Below are positions 1 to 10,860 of a DNA stretch of 64,000 bases, piece after piece. The notes under the pieces were generated by a model that saw only the letters and a list, made by a program, of their open reading frames with translations, made no database searches and was not told where the DNA came from. A program made the position numbers and the translations under genes. Source of the DNA: Escherichia phage WG01; the sequence record NC_031928.1. The stretch is one strand, 5' to 3'. How positions within the stretch are numbered: position 1 is the first letter of the stretch; the number at the start of each line of letters is the position of its first letter.

Positions 1-1088
<1,088 letters not shown>

Positions 1089-1117
1089 ACAATAAAGCAT
1101 AACCAAGAGGATTCAAA

Positions 1118-3100
1118 ATGTCTTTATTATCACCGGGCATTGAGCTCAAAGAAACGTCCGTACAGAGTACTGTCGTTCGTAACGCAACGGGTCGTGCAGC
1201 GCTGGTTGGTAAATTCCAGTGGGGCCCTGCTTTCCAGGTAACTCAGATTACTAATGAAGTTGAACTGGTCGACTTATTTGGAGGTCCTAATAACGAAGTT
1301 GCTGATTACTTCATGTCGGGTATGAACTTCCTCCAGTATGGTAACGACCTTCGTACTGTTCGTGTTGTTAACCGTGAATTCGCTAAAAACGCGTCTCCGG
1401 TAGCGGGTAACGTCCAAACCACTATTACTACTGCAGGTTCTAACTATGCGGTAGGCGATAAAATTAATATCAAATATAACCAGACTGTTGTTGAATCTGA
1501 AGGTCGTGTAACTTCGGTCGATACAGACGGTAAAATTCTATCAGTGTTTATTCCTACCGGCAAGATTATTTCTTATGCTCGTTCTGTTAACCAGTATCCG
1601 AACCTAGGCCCTGCGTGGACTGCTGAAGTTACTTCTGCCTCTTCCGGTGTTTCTGGTACTATTACTGTCGGTAAAATTGTAACCGATTCCGGTATTCTGT
1701 TGACTGAAGCAGAGAACAGTGAAGAAGCTATTACTTCCCTGGAGTTCCAAGCATCTCTTAAACAGTTTGGTATGCCTGGTGTGGTCGCCCTTTATCCTGG
1801 TGAAATTGGTAGTACTCTGGAAGTTGAAATTGTTTCTAAAGCGGCTTATGATGCTGGTTCTACTAAAATGTTGGATATTTATCCAAACGGTGGTACTCGT
1901 GCTTCTGTAGCTAAAGCGGTATTCAACTACGGCCCGCAAACAGATGACCAATACGCAATTATTGTTCGTCGTGATGGCGCTATCGTAGAATCTGTCGTAC
2001 TTTCTACCAAAGAAGGTGAAAAAGACGTTTACGGTAATAACATTTATCTTGACGACTATTTCGCTAAAGGTACTTCTAACTATATTTTTGCTACCTCTTT
2101 GAACTGGCCTAAAGGCTTCAGTGGTATCATTAATCTTATGGGTGGTGTATCTGCTAACGATCAGGTTACTGCGAGTGATTTGATGCAGGGTTGGGATTTG
2201 TTTGCCGACCGTGAAGCACTCCATATTAACCTTTTGATTGCTGGTGCCGTTGCCGGTGAAGGTGATGAAGTTGCTTCTACCGTCCAGAAACACGTTGTTA
2301 GTATTGCTGATGAACGTCAGGATTGCTTGGCATTTATTTCTCCTCCTAAAGGACTGTTGGTTAACGTTCCATTGACTCGTGCAGTAGATAATCTTATCGA
2401 CTGGCGTACCGGTGCAGGTACTTTCGATACCAACAACATGAACATTAGCACCACTTATGCTGCTATTGATGGTAACTATAAATATCAGTATGACAAATAT
2501 AATGACGTAAACCGTTGGGTGCCTCTGGCCGCTGATATGGCTGGTTTGTGTGCACGTACTGATGATGTTTCTCAGCCTTGGATGTCTCCGGCAGGTTATA
2601 ACCGTGGCCAGATTCTTAACGTTCTGAAATTGGCAATTGAACCGCGCCAAGCTCAACGTGACCGCATGTACCAAGAAGCTATTAACCCAGTTGTTGGTTT
2701 TGCTGGTGGCGATGGTTTCGTATTGTTTGGTGATAAGACTGCAACCAAAGTTCCATCTCCGATGGACCACATTAACGTTCGCCGTCTGTTCAACATGCTT
2801 AAGAAAAATATCGGTGATGCCTCTAAATATAAACTGTTTGAATTGAACGACAACTTCACTCGTTCAAGCTTCCGTATGGAAGTTTCTCAGTACTTAGATG
2901 GTATTAAGGCACTTGGTGGGATTTATGAAGGACGTGTGGTTTGTGATACTACAGTGAACACCCCTGCGGTTATCGACCGTAATGAGTTTATTGCTAATAT
3001 CTACGTTAAACCGGCCCGTTCTATTAACTACATCACGTTGAACTTCGTTGCAACGAGCACTGGTGCTGATTTTGATGAATTGATTGGACCTTTAGTATAA
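1118..3100 (+). CDS. 18: tail sheath protein
   Basis: 660 aa, MSLLSPGIELKETSVQ... N-terminus and length as T4 gp18; SD AAGAGGA upstream; late promoter TATAAATA at 1081. Confidence 0.95.
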   Translation: MSLLSPGIELKETSVQSTVVRNATGRAALVGKFQWGPAFQVTQITNEVELVDLFGGPNNEVADYFMSGMNFLQYGNDLRTVRVVNREFAKNASPVAGNVQTTITTAGSNYAVGDKINIKYNQTVVESEGRVTSVDTDGKILSVFIPTGKIISYARSVNQYPNLGPAWTAEVTSASSGVSGTITVGKIVTDSGILLTEAENSEEAITSLEFQASLKQFGMPGVVALYPGEIGSTLEVEIVSKAAYDAGSTKMLDIYPNGGTRASVAKAVFNYGPQTDDQYAIIVRRDGAIVESVVLSTKEGEKDVYGNNIYLDDYFAKGTSNYIFATSLNWPKGFSGIINLMGGVSANDQVTASDLMQGWDLFADREALHINLLIAGAVAGEGDEVASTVQKHVVSIADERQDCLAFISPPKGLLVNVPLTRAVDNLIDWRTGAGTFDTNNMNISTTYAAIDGNYKYQYDKYNDVNRWVPLAADMAGLCARTDDVSQPWMSPAGYNRGQILNVLKLAIEPRQAQRDRMYQEAINPVVGFAGGDGFVLFGDKTATKVPSPMDHINVRRLFNMLKKNIGDASKYKLFELNDNFTRSSFRMEVSQYLDGIKALGGIYEGRVVCDTTVNTPAVIDRNEFIANIYVKPARSINYITLNFVATSTGADFDELIGPLV

Positions 3101-3225
3101 TCTATTATCCCAGGCTGTAATATAAAGAACCTAAAACCATTATACCATGAGTTTGGTTACAGCGTACATCACGTAGAATTGCGCCTGGGATTGATTATTC
3201 TTTAGGAATATGATTTATCAACTGT

Positions 3226-3233
3226 TATAAATA
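3226..3233 (+). promoter_or_regulatory. late promoter TATAAATA upstream of gene 19
   Basis: Exact consensus; followed by leader hairpin 3247-3267. Confidence 0.6.
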
Positions 3234-3246
3234 AATTAATCAGAAC

Positions 3247-3267
3247 GTTCCTGGTGTGTCCAGGAAC
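3247..3267 (+). promoter_or_regulatory. stem-loop in gene 19 leader
   Basis: GTTCCTGG-TGTG-TCCAGGAAC between late promoter and SD. Confidence 0.4.
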
Positions 3268-3285
3268 TGACTTAAGAGGCATCCC

Positions 3286-3777
3286 ATGGAGTTGACAGAT
3301 ATCACTCGTGCGTTTGAGTCAGGTGACTTTGCACGCCCTAACCTTTTCGAAGTGGAAATTCCATTTCTGGGTAAAAACTTTAGCTTTAAATGTAAAGCAG
3401 CACCTATGCCGGCAGGCATTGTAGAAAAAGTACCGGTTGGCTACATGAACCGTAAAATTAACGTAGCCGGTGACCGTACGTTTGATGATTGGACCATTAC
3501 CATTTATAACGATGATGCACATGACACCCGTCAAGCAATTGTCGATTGGCAGAATCTCTGTCACGGTATGACCAATGAAATTACCGGTGCAGCACCTGCA
3601 GAATATAAGAAACAAGCAGTAGTTCGCCAGTTCCATCGTGACGGCAAGACTGTGACCAAAGAAGTTACAATTTACGGCTTATGGCCTACTAACGTTGGTG
3701 AAGTCCAGATGGATTGGGACAGCAACAACGAGGTAGAAACTTTCGAATCTACGTTCGCTATCGATTGGTGGGAATGA
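3286..3777 (+). CDS. 19: tail tube protein
   Basis: 163 aa, same length as T4 gp19; follows gene 18; SD AAGAGG. Confidence 0.93.
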   Translation: MELTDITRAFESGDFARPNLFEVEIPFLGKNFSFKCKAAPMPAGIVEKVPVGYMNRKINVAGDRTFDDWTITIYNDDAHDTRQAIVDWQNLCHGMTNEITGAAPAEYKKQAVVRQFHRDGKTVTKEVTIYGLWPTNVGEVQMDWDSNNEVETFESTFAIDWWE

Positions 3778-3778
3778 G

Positions 3779-3786
3779 TATAAATA
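3779..3786 (+). promoter_or_regulatory. late promoter TATAAATA upstream of gene 20
   Basis: Exact consensus, just after gene 19 stop. Confidence 0.6.
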
Positions 3787-3794
3787 GAATTATC

Positions 3795-3812
3795 AAGGAG
3801 CTTCGGCTCCTT
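3795..3812 (+). promoter_or_regulatory. UUCG-tetraloop stem-loop between genes 19 and 20
   Basis: AAGGAGC-TTCG-GCTCCTT, 9 nt downstream of the late promoter. Confidence 0.45.
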
Positions 3813-3834
3813 ATCCCATTCATCGGAGACTCTA

Positions 3835-5409
3835 ATGGCAAACTTTAATACAATATTAAGTTTTCTTAAGCCATGGGCTAATGAAGACGAAAAAGAATAT
3901 AAACAACAAATTAATAACAATTTAGAGTCTGTCACCGCACCTAAGCTTGATGATGGCGCTCGCGAAATTGAGACACAAGAGCAAAATATTCCTTATAATG
4001 CTCTTATGCAACAGATGTTTGGTAGTAATGAGCCTGAAGTTAAAAATACCAGGGAACTTATTGATACCTACCGTAATTTAATGAACAACTATGAAGTCGA
4101 CAACGCCGTACAGGAAATTGTGTCTGACGCTATTGTCTATGAGGATGATAAAGAAGTAGTTGCATTGAATTTAGACGGGACAGAATTTAGTCAAGCAATT
4201 AAAGATAAAATCTTGGCCGAATTCAGTGAAGTTTTAAACCTTTTAAATTTCCAACGTAAAGGTACTGACCATTTCCAACGCTGGTATGTAGACTCAAGAA
4301 TTTTCTTTCATAAAATTATAAACCCTAAAAAAATGAAAGATGGCGTACAAGAGCTTCGTCGCTTAGACCCACGCCAAGTCCAATATATTCGTGAAATCGT
4401 TACACGTATGGAAGATGGCGTTAAAGTTGTAGACGGATATCGCGAGTTTTTCGTTTATGATACAGGCCATGAAAGTTATTGCGCTGATGGACGCATTTAT
4501 TCAGCCGGGACTAAAGTTAAAATTCCTCGTGCTGCAGTGGTTTATGCTCATTCTGGATTATTAGATTGTTGTGGTAAAAACATCATTGGCTATTTGCAAC
4601 GTGCTATTAAGCCTGCAAACCAGCTTAAATTGATGGAAGACGCAATGGTCATCTACCGTATTACACGTGCTCCTGACCGTCGTGTGTTTTATATCGATAC
4701 AGGTAATATGCCTTCACGTAAGGCTGCAGCACAAATGCAACATATCATGAACACGATGAAAAACCGTGTGGTGTATGATGCTTCGACAGGTAAAATTAAA
4801 AACCAACAACACAATATGTCCATGACTGAAGACTATTGGTTGCAACGTCGTGATGGTAAAGCGGTAACAGAAGTTGATACAATGCCAGGTGCTACTGGTA
4901 TGAGTGATATGGATGACGTTCTTTATTTCCGCACAGCACTTTACCGTGCGTTGCGTGTTCCTGAATCACGTATCCCTAGCGAGTCTAATTCTGGTGTTAT
5001 GTTTGATGCCGGTACAGCAATCACTCGTGACGAATTAAAATTCTCTAAATGGATTCGTCAACTACAAAACAAATTTGAAGAAATTTTCCTAGACCCGTTA
5101 AAAACAAACCTCATTCTTAAAAAGATTATTACAGAAGATGAGTGGGAAAAGGAAATAAATAATATTAAAGTTACGTTTAACCGTGATAGCTATTTCAGTG
5201 AAATGAAAGATGCTGAAATCATGGAACGCAGAATCAATATGCTAACGATGGCTGAACCATTTATTGGTAAGTATATTTCACATCAAACGGCTATGAAAGA
5301 TTTCCTCCAAATGACCGACGAAGAAATTAATCAAGAAGCTAAGCAAATTGAAGAAGAGTCTAAAGAGGCTCGTTTCCAAAACCCAGATGAAGAAGAAGAG
5401 GATTTCTAA
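3835..5409 (+). CDS. 20: portal vertex protein
   Basis: 524 aa; strong recalled similarity to T4 gp20 ([10 protein letters not shown]..., [21 protein letters not shown]...); SD GGAG. Confidence 0.95.
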   Translation: MANFNTILSFLKPWANEDEKEYKQQINNNLESVTAPKLDDGAREIETQEQNIPYNALMQQMFGSNEPEVKNTRELIDTYRNLMNNYEVDNAVQEIVSDAIVYEDDKEVVALNLDGTEFSQAIKDKILAEFSEVLNLLNFQRKGTDHFQRWYVDSRIFFHKIINPKKMKDGVQELRRLDPRQVQYIREIVTRMEDGVKVVDGYREFFVYDTGHESYCADGRIYSAGTKVKIPRAAVVYAHSGLLDCCGKNIIGYLQRAIKPANQLKLMEDAMVIYRITRAPDRRVFYIDTGNMPSRKAAAQMQHIMNTMKNRVVYDASTGKIKNQQHNMSMTEDYWLQRRDGKAVTEVDTMPGATGMSDMDDVLYFRTALYRALRVPESRIPSESNSGVMFDAGTAITRDELKFSKWIRQLQNKFEEIFLDPLKTNLILKKIITEDEWEKEINNIKVTFNRDSYFSEMKDAEIMERRINMLTMAEPFIGKYISHQTAMKDFLQMTDEEINQEAKQIEEESKEARFQNPDEEEEDF

Positions 5410-5654
5410 TGGAAGATTTAATCGAAGCTATTAAATCAAACGACCTCGTAGCAGTTCGTAAAGCAGCAGCCCCGCTTATCGAATCTCGAGTAACCGCTTT
5501 GATTGAAGCCCGTAAAGCAGAAATTGCTCGCTCCGTTATGATTGAAGGCGAAGAAGCTGACGAAGATGACGAAGACGACGAAAAATCCGATAAAGCAGAT
5601 AAGAAAGACAAAAAAGAATCTGACGATGCGGATGATGACGAGGACGACGAATAA
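5409..5654 (+). CDS. 67: prohead core protein
   Basis: 81 aa with acidic C-terminal tail; TAATG coupling to gene 20; position as T4 gene 67. Confidence 0.8.
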   Translation: MEDLIEAIKSNDLVAVRKAAAPLIESRVTALIEARKAEIARSVMIEGEEADEDDEDDEKSDKADKKDKKESDDADDDEDDE

Positions 5655-6082
5655 TGTTCCTTATCCCTGATGATTACGAATTAACTCTAGAAAGCGTAGA
5701 GGCCAAAATTCCAGAAGCACAGGGACGTTTTGCTGCTCTTTCTGAAGCGCTCGAGAAAAGCGATATAAATAATCTTGTAGAGAACATGATTGCTGAAGGC
5801 GATATCGAATGTGCTATCGCTCTTGGTTCTTTAAATGAATCAATGGCTCTTAACGAATTTATCGTTAAACACGTTTCCTCTAAAGGTGAGCTTACTCGTA
5901 CTAAAGATATTAAAACCCGTCAACGTAATGCGTTCCAAACGACAGGTTTATCTAAAGCAAAACGCCGTCAGATTGCTCGTAAAGCATCTAAAACCAAACG
6001 TGCTAATCCGTCTACTCAAGTACGTGCCGAACGTAAGCGTAAGAAAGCCCGTTCTAAACGTAAAGCTTTTGGACTTAACTAA
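5654..6082 (+). CDS. 68: prohead core protein
   Basis: 142 aa, basic C-terminus; TAATG coupling; position as T4 gene 68. Confidence 0.75.
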   Translation: MFLIPDDYELTLESVEAKIPEAQGRFAALSEALEKSDINNLVENMIAEGDIECAIALGSLNESMALNEFIVKHVSSKGELTRTKDIKTRQRNAFQTTGLSKAKRRQIARKASKTKRANPSTQVRAERKRKKARSKRKAFGLN

Positions 6083-6717
6083 TGAAACCTGAATTGCTCA
6101 TCGAACATTGGGGACAACCAGGTGAAATTATCGATGGGGTTCCTATGTTGGAATCTCATGATGGAAAAAATTCTGGGCTTGCTCCCGGCCTTTATATAGA
6201 AGGCATTTTCATGCAAGCAGAGGTAGTTAACCGTAATAAACGCCTTTACCCAAAACCTATTTTGGAAAAAGCCGTTGCCGATTATATGGCAGAACAGGTT
6301 GCTACTAAACAAGCTTTAGGAGAATTAAACCACCCACCTCGTGCTAACGTTGACCCTATGCAAGCTGCTATCATTATTGAAGATATGTGGTGGAAAGGTA
6401 ATGATGTTTATGGACGTGCACGTATCATCGAAGGTGACCATGGCCCGGGTGATAAACTAGCTGCAAATATCCGAGCTGGCTGGGTTCCTGGTGTTAGTTC
6501 TCGCGGTCTTGGTTCTTTAACTGAAACCAATAAAGGATATAAGCGTGTAAACGAAGGTTATAAATTAACCGTCGGTGTTGATGCAGTATGGGGACCATCT
6601 GCTCCTGATGCTTATGTAACTCCGAAGCAAATTACAGAATCACAAACGGTAGAAACCGATACCAGTGCCGATGACGCCTTTATGGCTCTCGCAGAGGCCA
6701 TGAAAAAAGCGTTATAA
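6082..6717 (+). CDS. 21: prohead core protease
   Basis: 211 aa, position and size as T4 gp21; TAATG coupling. Confidence 0.88.
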   Translation: MKPELLIEHWGQPGEIIDGVPMLESHDGKNSGLAPGLYIEGIFMQAEVVNRNKRLYPKPILEKAVADYMAEQVATKQALGELNHPPRANVDPMQAAIIIEDMWWKGNDVYGRARIIEGDHGPGDKLAANIRAGWVPGVSSRGLGSLTETNKGYKRVNEGYKLTVGVDAVWGPSAPDAYVTPKQITESQTVETDTSADDAFMALAEAMKKAL

Positions 6718-6720
6718 ATA
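6713..6720 (+). promoter_or_regulatory. late promoter TATAAATA upstream of gene 22
   Basis: Exact consensus overlapping gene 21 stop. Confidence 0.6.
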
Positions 6721-6747
6721 TTATTATCTAAACAACAGGACTACAAA

Positions 6748-7563
6748 ATGCTTAAAGAACAACTGATCGCCGAAGCACAGAATATTGATGCTTCCGTTGC
6801 TCTTGACAGTATTTTCGAATCAGTTAATATTTCTCCGGAAGCAAAAGAAACTTTCGGCACTGTATTCGAAGCTACCGTCAAGCAACACGCCGTGAAACTG
6901 GCTGAATCTCACATCGCTAAAATCGCTGAAAAAGCGGAAGAAGAAGTCGAGAAAAATAAAGAAGAAGCTGAAGAAAAAGCCGATAAGAAAATCCAAGAAG
7001 CTGCCGGTCGTTTCCTTGACCACGTTGCTAAAGAATGGATGGCTGAAAACCAGCTGGCTGTTGATAAAGGTATTAAAGCCGAACTGTTCGAATCCATGTT
7101 GATGGGTATGAAAGAACTGTTTGTTGAACACAATGTGGTTGTTCCAGAAGAAGCAGTAGATGTTGTTGCTGAAATGGAAGAAGAGCTCCAAGAGCAGAAA
7201 GATGAAACCGCTCGTCTGTTCGAAGAAGTTGGTATGCGCGATGCGTATATTAATTACGTACAGCGTGAAGTTGCTGTTACGGAAGCAACTAAAGACCTGA
7301 CCGAATCTCAAAAAGAAAAAGTCAGTTCTCTGGTAGAAGGCATGGATTATTCCGATGCATTCGGTAAAAAAATTGGCGCTATTGTTGAAATGGTTAAAGG
7401 TCAGTCTGACGTTGGAAACCCAATCACCGAAGCCGCTATAAATAAAAATGTAGACGATGCTGCGGCACTGAATTACATTTCAGAAGCAGTTGAAGAAAAA
7501 GGCGCTAAGCCTACCCTGTCCTTCGCGGACCTGTCTGCAATCGCAGCATCACGAATTTCTTAA
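6748..7563 (+). CDS. 22: prohead core scaffold protein
   Basis: 271 aa, acidic, coiled-coil-like (EEEVEKNKEEAEEKADKK); late promoter TATAAATA at 6713. Confidence 0.88.
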   Translation: MLKEQLIAEAQNIDASVALDSIFESVNISPEAKETFGTVFEATVKQHAVKLAESHIAKIAEKAEEEVEKNKEEAEEKADKKIQEAAGRFLDHVAKEWMAENQLAVDKGIKAELFESMLMGMKELFVEHNVVVPEEAVDVVAEMEEELQEQKDETARLFEEVGMRDAYINYVQREVAVTEATKDLTESQKEKVSSLVEGMDYSDAFGKKIGAIVEMVKGQSDVGNPITEAAINKNVDDAAALNYISEAVEEKGAKPTLSFADLSAIAASRIS

Positions 7564-7584
7564 TTTAATAAGGTTATACAACAC

Positions 7585-9144
7585 ATGAAAAAGAATGCAT
7601 TAGTTCAAAAATGGTCCGCTCTGCTGGAAAACGAAGCCCTTCCTGAAATCGTGGGTGCTTCTAAACAAGCTATCATCGCTAAAATTTTCGAAAACCAGGA
7701 ACAAGACATCCTGACTGCTCCGGAATATCGTGATGAAAAAATCTCTGAAGCATTTGGTTCTTTCCTGACCGAAGCTGAAATTGGTGGTGACCACGGTTAT
7801 GATGCTACCAATATCGCAGCTGGCCAGACTTCTGGTGCTGTAACTCAGATTGGGCCGGCAGTAATGGGTATGGTTCGTCGTGCTATTCCTCATCTGATTG
7901 CTTTTGATATTTGTGGTGTTCAGCCTCTGAATAACCCTACCGGCCAGGTATTTGCCCTTCGTGCAGTTTATGGTAAAGACCCTATCGCTGCTGGCGCTAA
8001 AGAAGCTTTCCATCCGATGTATTCTCCGGATGCTATGTTCTCTGGTCAGGGTGCTGCTGAATCTTTCGAAGCACTGGCTGCAAGCAAAGTTCTGGAAGTT
8101 GGTAAAATTTATTCTCACTTCTTCGAAGCTACCGGTGCTGCACACTTCCAGGCTGTTGAAGCCGTAACCGTTGATGCTGCTGCTACTGATGCCGCTAAAC
8201 TGGATGCTGCTGTTACCGCTTTGATTGAAGCTGGTAAGTTGGCTGAATTGGCTGAAGGTATGGCTACTTCTATCGCTGAACTTCAGGAAGGCTTTAACGG
8301 TTCTACCGATAACCCGTGGAACGAAATGGGCTTCCGCATCGACAAACAAGTTATCGAAGCTAAATCCCGTCAGCTGAAAGCAAGCTACTCTATCGAACTG
8401 GCACAGGACCTTCGTGCAGTACACGGTATGGATGCAGATGCTGAACTGTCCGGTATCCTTGCTACCGAAATTATGCTCGAAATCAACCGTGAAGTTATCG
8501 ATTGGATTAACTACTCTGCACAGGTTGGTAAATCTGGTATGACCAACACCGTTGGCGCTAAAGCTGGTGTGTTTGACTTCCAGGACCCGATTGATATCCG
8601 TGGTGCTCGTTGGGCCGGTGAGAGCTTTAAAGCCCTTCTGTTCCAGATTGATAAAGAAGCAGCCGAAATCGCTCGTCAGACCGGTCGTGGTGCTGGTAAC
8701 TTCATCATCGCTTCCCGTAACGTAGTTAACGTACTGGCTGCAGTTGATACTTCTGTAAGTTATGCAGCTCAAGGTCTGGGTCAAGGTTTCAACGTTGACA
8801 CAACCAAAGCAGTATTTGCCGGTGTTCTTGGTGGTAAATATCGCGTTTACATCGACCAGTATGCACGTTCCGATTACTTCACCATCGGTTATAAAGGCGC
8901 TAACGAAATGGACGCAGGTATCTACTACGCTCCGTACGTTGCACTGACCCCGCTGCGTGGTTCCGATCCGAAGAACTTCCAACCGGTAATGGGCTTCAAA
9001 ACTCGTTACGGTATCGGTATCAACCCGTTCGCTGACCCGTCTGCACAGGCTCCTACCAAACGTATTCAGAGCGGTATGCCTGACATCGTTAACAGCCTTG
9101 GTCTGAATGGTTATTTTCGTCGGGTTTATGTCAAAGGAATTTGA
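7585..9144 (+). CDS. 23: major capsid protein
   Basis: 519 aa; size and sequence character as T4 gp23; strong codon bias; followed by a UUCG-loop terminator. Confidence 0.95.
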   Translation: MKKNALVQKWSALLENEALPEIVGASKQAIIAKIFENQEQDILTAPEYRDEKISEAFGSFLTEAEIGGDHGYDATNIAAGQTSGAVTQIGPAVMGMVRRAIPHLIAFDICGVQPLNNPTGQVFALRAVYGKDPIAAGAKEAFHPMYSPDAMFSGQGAAESFEALAASKVLEVGKIYSHFFEATGAAHFQAVEAVTVDAAATDAAKLDAAVTALIEAGKLAELAEGMATSIAELQEGFNGSTDNPWNEMGFRIDKQVIEAKSRQLKASYSIELAQDLRAVHGMDADAELSGILATEIMLEINREVIDWINYSAQVGKSGMTNTVGAKAGVFDFQDPIDIRGARWAGESFKALLFQIDKEAAEIARQTGRGAGNFIIASRNVVNVLAAVDTSVSYAAQGLGQGFNVDTTKAVFAGVLGGKYRVYIDQYARSDYFTIGYKGANEMDAGIYYAPYVALTPLRGSDPKNFQPVMGFKTRYGIGINPFADPSAQAPTKRIQSGMPDIVNSLGLNGYFRRVYVKGI

Positions 9145-9175
9145 TAACATAAGTTATTAATTCTTAAAATTATTT

Positions 9176-9200
9176 GGGAGACTTCGGTCTCCCATTCTTG
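9176..9200 (+). terminator. rho-independent terminator after gene 23
   Basis: GGGAGAC-TTCG-GTCTCCC followed by T-rich tract. Confidence 0.7.
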
Positions 9201-9208
9201 TTTCTGTA

Positions 9209-9475
9209 TTATGCAATCTTAACTCGGCGGTTGATGATATCACGGAAGTCAATACGATTTTCTTGGATTTTCAGCCAGTTACCAGATTTGTCTTTGGTAT
9301 GGGTAGAGTATTCACCGTTCCACCAGAAGTCGGTAGCATAAGCCATGGCTTCGTATTTCTTAACTAAGGCATTCACTGCATTACCATTAGGATTGTTACC
9401 GAATTTTTCTACCAGAGCTTTGATGTCTTTATCAAGAGCGGAAAGAGTAGTACGAATAAAGTTTAACTTGTTCAT
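9209..9475 (-). CDS. hypothetical protein (88 aa), early-promoter-driven ORF between genes 23 and 24
   Basis: ORF-track start 9490 lies inside the SD (ATGAGGAGATTAAAAATG); real start taken as the ATG at 9475; own early promoter upstream. Confidence 0.55.
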   Translation of the reverse strand: MNKLNFIRTTLSALDKDIKALVEKFGNNPNGNAVNALVKKYEAMAYATDFWWNGEYSTHTKDKSGNWLKIQENRIDFRDIINRRVKIA

Positions 9476-9494
9476 TTTTAATCTCCTCATGTTT

Positions 9495-9536
9495 TGATAG
9501 GTCTATAGTAACATGTGAGAATCTTGCTGTAAACAA
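9495..9536 (-). promoter_or_regulatory. sigma70-like early promoter cassette (copy A)
   Basis: -35 GTTTAC, spacer, extended -10 TGTTACTATAG, leader ACCTATCAAAACATGAGGAGA. Confidence 0.55.
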
Positions 9537-9540
9537 CTTT

Positions 9541-9548
9541 TATAAATA
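9541..9548 (+). promoter_or_regulatory. late promoter TATAAATA upstream of gene 24
   Basis: Exact consensus about 30 nt before the ATG. Confidence 0.6.
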
Positions 9549-9576
9549 AACATATACCCTCAATAAGGAAAGCGCA

Positions 9577-10860
9577 ATGGCAAAGATTAACGAATTACTG
9601 CGCGAGTCAACAACTACTTCCAGCAACTCATTGGGTCGCCCTAATCTTGTTGCTTTGACCCGTGCTACAACCAAATTGATTTACCGTGATATTATCGCCG
9701 AACAACGTACTAGCCAGCCTATTGCTGCACTGTATGGTGTCAAATATCTTACCCCTGATAATGAATTTAGTTTCCAGACAGGTGCCTCTTATGGTGGTGA
9801 AGTTGGTTCTAAAGACCGTGAAACTATCCCAGAACTCACAGATAAGGCCCAGGCGATTGCTCAGGGTGAATATTTCAAGTACCAGAATGTGGTTTATAAG
9901 GCTCTTAAAGCAAGCCCACTCGCGTCCACTAGCGCCCCAGAATTGGCTGATGCTCTTCAAGAAGGTTTAGTGTCATTAACATGTCGTCTGGTTCCTGATG
10001 CTGCCCATACCACTAAATTTGAAGCGAGTGATGTAGAAATCTCTGATGCTGTATTCCAGGTTAATAAATGGAATGCTCCGGTTAAGACCCGTAAATTGAA
10101 GACGGCTTTGACTGTAGAATTAGCGCAGGATATGGAATCAAATGGCTTTGACGCGCCGGCGTTCTTAGAAGACCTCTTGGCTACAGTAATGGCAGATGAA
10201 ATTAATAAAGACGTTCTGCAATCTCTAATAACCGTATCCAAACGTTATAAAGTTACTGGTGTATCTGATAACGGCATCATCGATTTGTCTTATGACAGTG
10301 CTCCTGAATCTGCACGTAAACTTTATGAACTCGTTTGTGAGATGAATTCTGAAATCCAGAAAACTACTTCTTATTCTGGCACGTTTGTTGTGGCTTCAAG
10401 TCGTGTGGCTGCAATGCTTGCAGGTTCTGGCTGGTTAAAACATAAACCCGAAGATAATAATTGGCTTCCGGAAACTGCATACGGATATTTGTTGAATGGT
10501 CTGCCTCTGTTTTGTGACGTTAACAGTCCATTAGATTATGTTACCGTTGGTGTTAAAGAGAATTACGGCGGTAATGAAGTTGTCGGTTCTATTTTCTACG
10601 CTCCCTATACCGAAGGCTTAGATTTAGATGACCAAGAACACGTCGGTGCTTATAAGGTTATTGTTGACCCGGATTCATTACAACCTTCTATTTCTCTGAT
10701 GGTTCGTTATGCACTATCAGCTAACCCGTACACCGTGGCTAAAGACGATAAAGAAGCTCGTGTTATCGATGCAACCAATATGGATTTAATGGCTGGACAG
10801 AGCAATATGTCTTATCTGGTTGGCGTTAAACTTCCGGCAATTATTTACGAGGCTGATTAA
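9577..10860 (+). CDS. 24: capsid vertex protein
   Basis: 427 aa, N-terminus MAKINELLRESTTT... as recalled for T4 gp24; late promoter TATAAATA at 9541. Confidence 0.9.
   Translation: MAKINELLRESTTTSSNSLGRPNLVALTRATTKLIYRDIIAEQRTSQPIAALYGVKYLTPDNEFSFQTGASYGGEVGSKDRETIPELTDKAQAIAQGEYFKYQNVVYKALKASPLASTSAPELADALQEGLVSLTCRLVPDAAHTTKFEASDVEISDAVFQVNKWNAPVKTRKLKTALTVELAQDMESNGFDAPAFLEDLLATVMADEINKDVLQSLITVSKRYKVTGVSDNGIIDLSYDSAPESARKLYELVCEMNSEIQKTTSYSGTFVVASSRVAAMLAGSGWLKHKPEDNNWLPETAYGYLLNGLPLFCDVNSPLDYVTVGVKENYGGNEVVGSIFYAPYTEGLDLDDQEHVGAYKVIVDPDSLQPSISLMVRYALSANPYTVAKDDKEARVIDATNMDLMAGQSNMSYLVGVKLPAIIYEAD

Noticed and set aside
1604-2770. 388-aa minus-strand ORF inside gene 18
   Set aside because: Antisense shadow of the highly expressed tail sheath gene; same reasoning as for gene 23
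7437-7444. TATAAATA inside gene 22, about 140 nt upstream of gene 23, as the gene 23 late promoter
   Set aside because: Not rejected outright but not listed as a feature: the 8-mer is AT-rich and expected by chance several times in 64 kb, and the distance to the gene 23 ATG is long; needs transcript mapping
7600-9150. 516-aa minus-strand ORF spanning essentially all of gene 23
   Set aside because: Exactly antisense to the major capsid gene; its openness follows from gp23 codon bias (the sense frame avoids TTA, CTA and TCA, whose complements are stops). Low-complexity translation, no SD, no promoter
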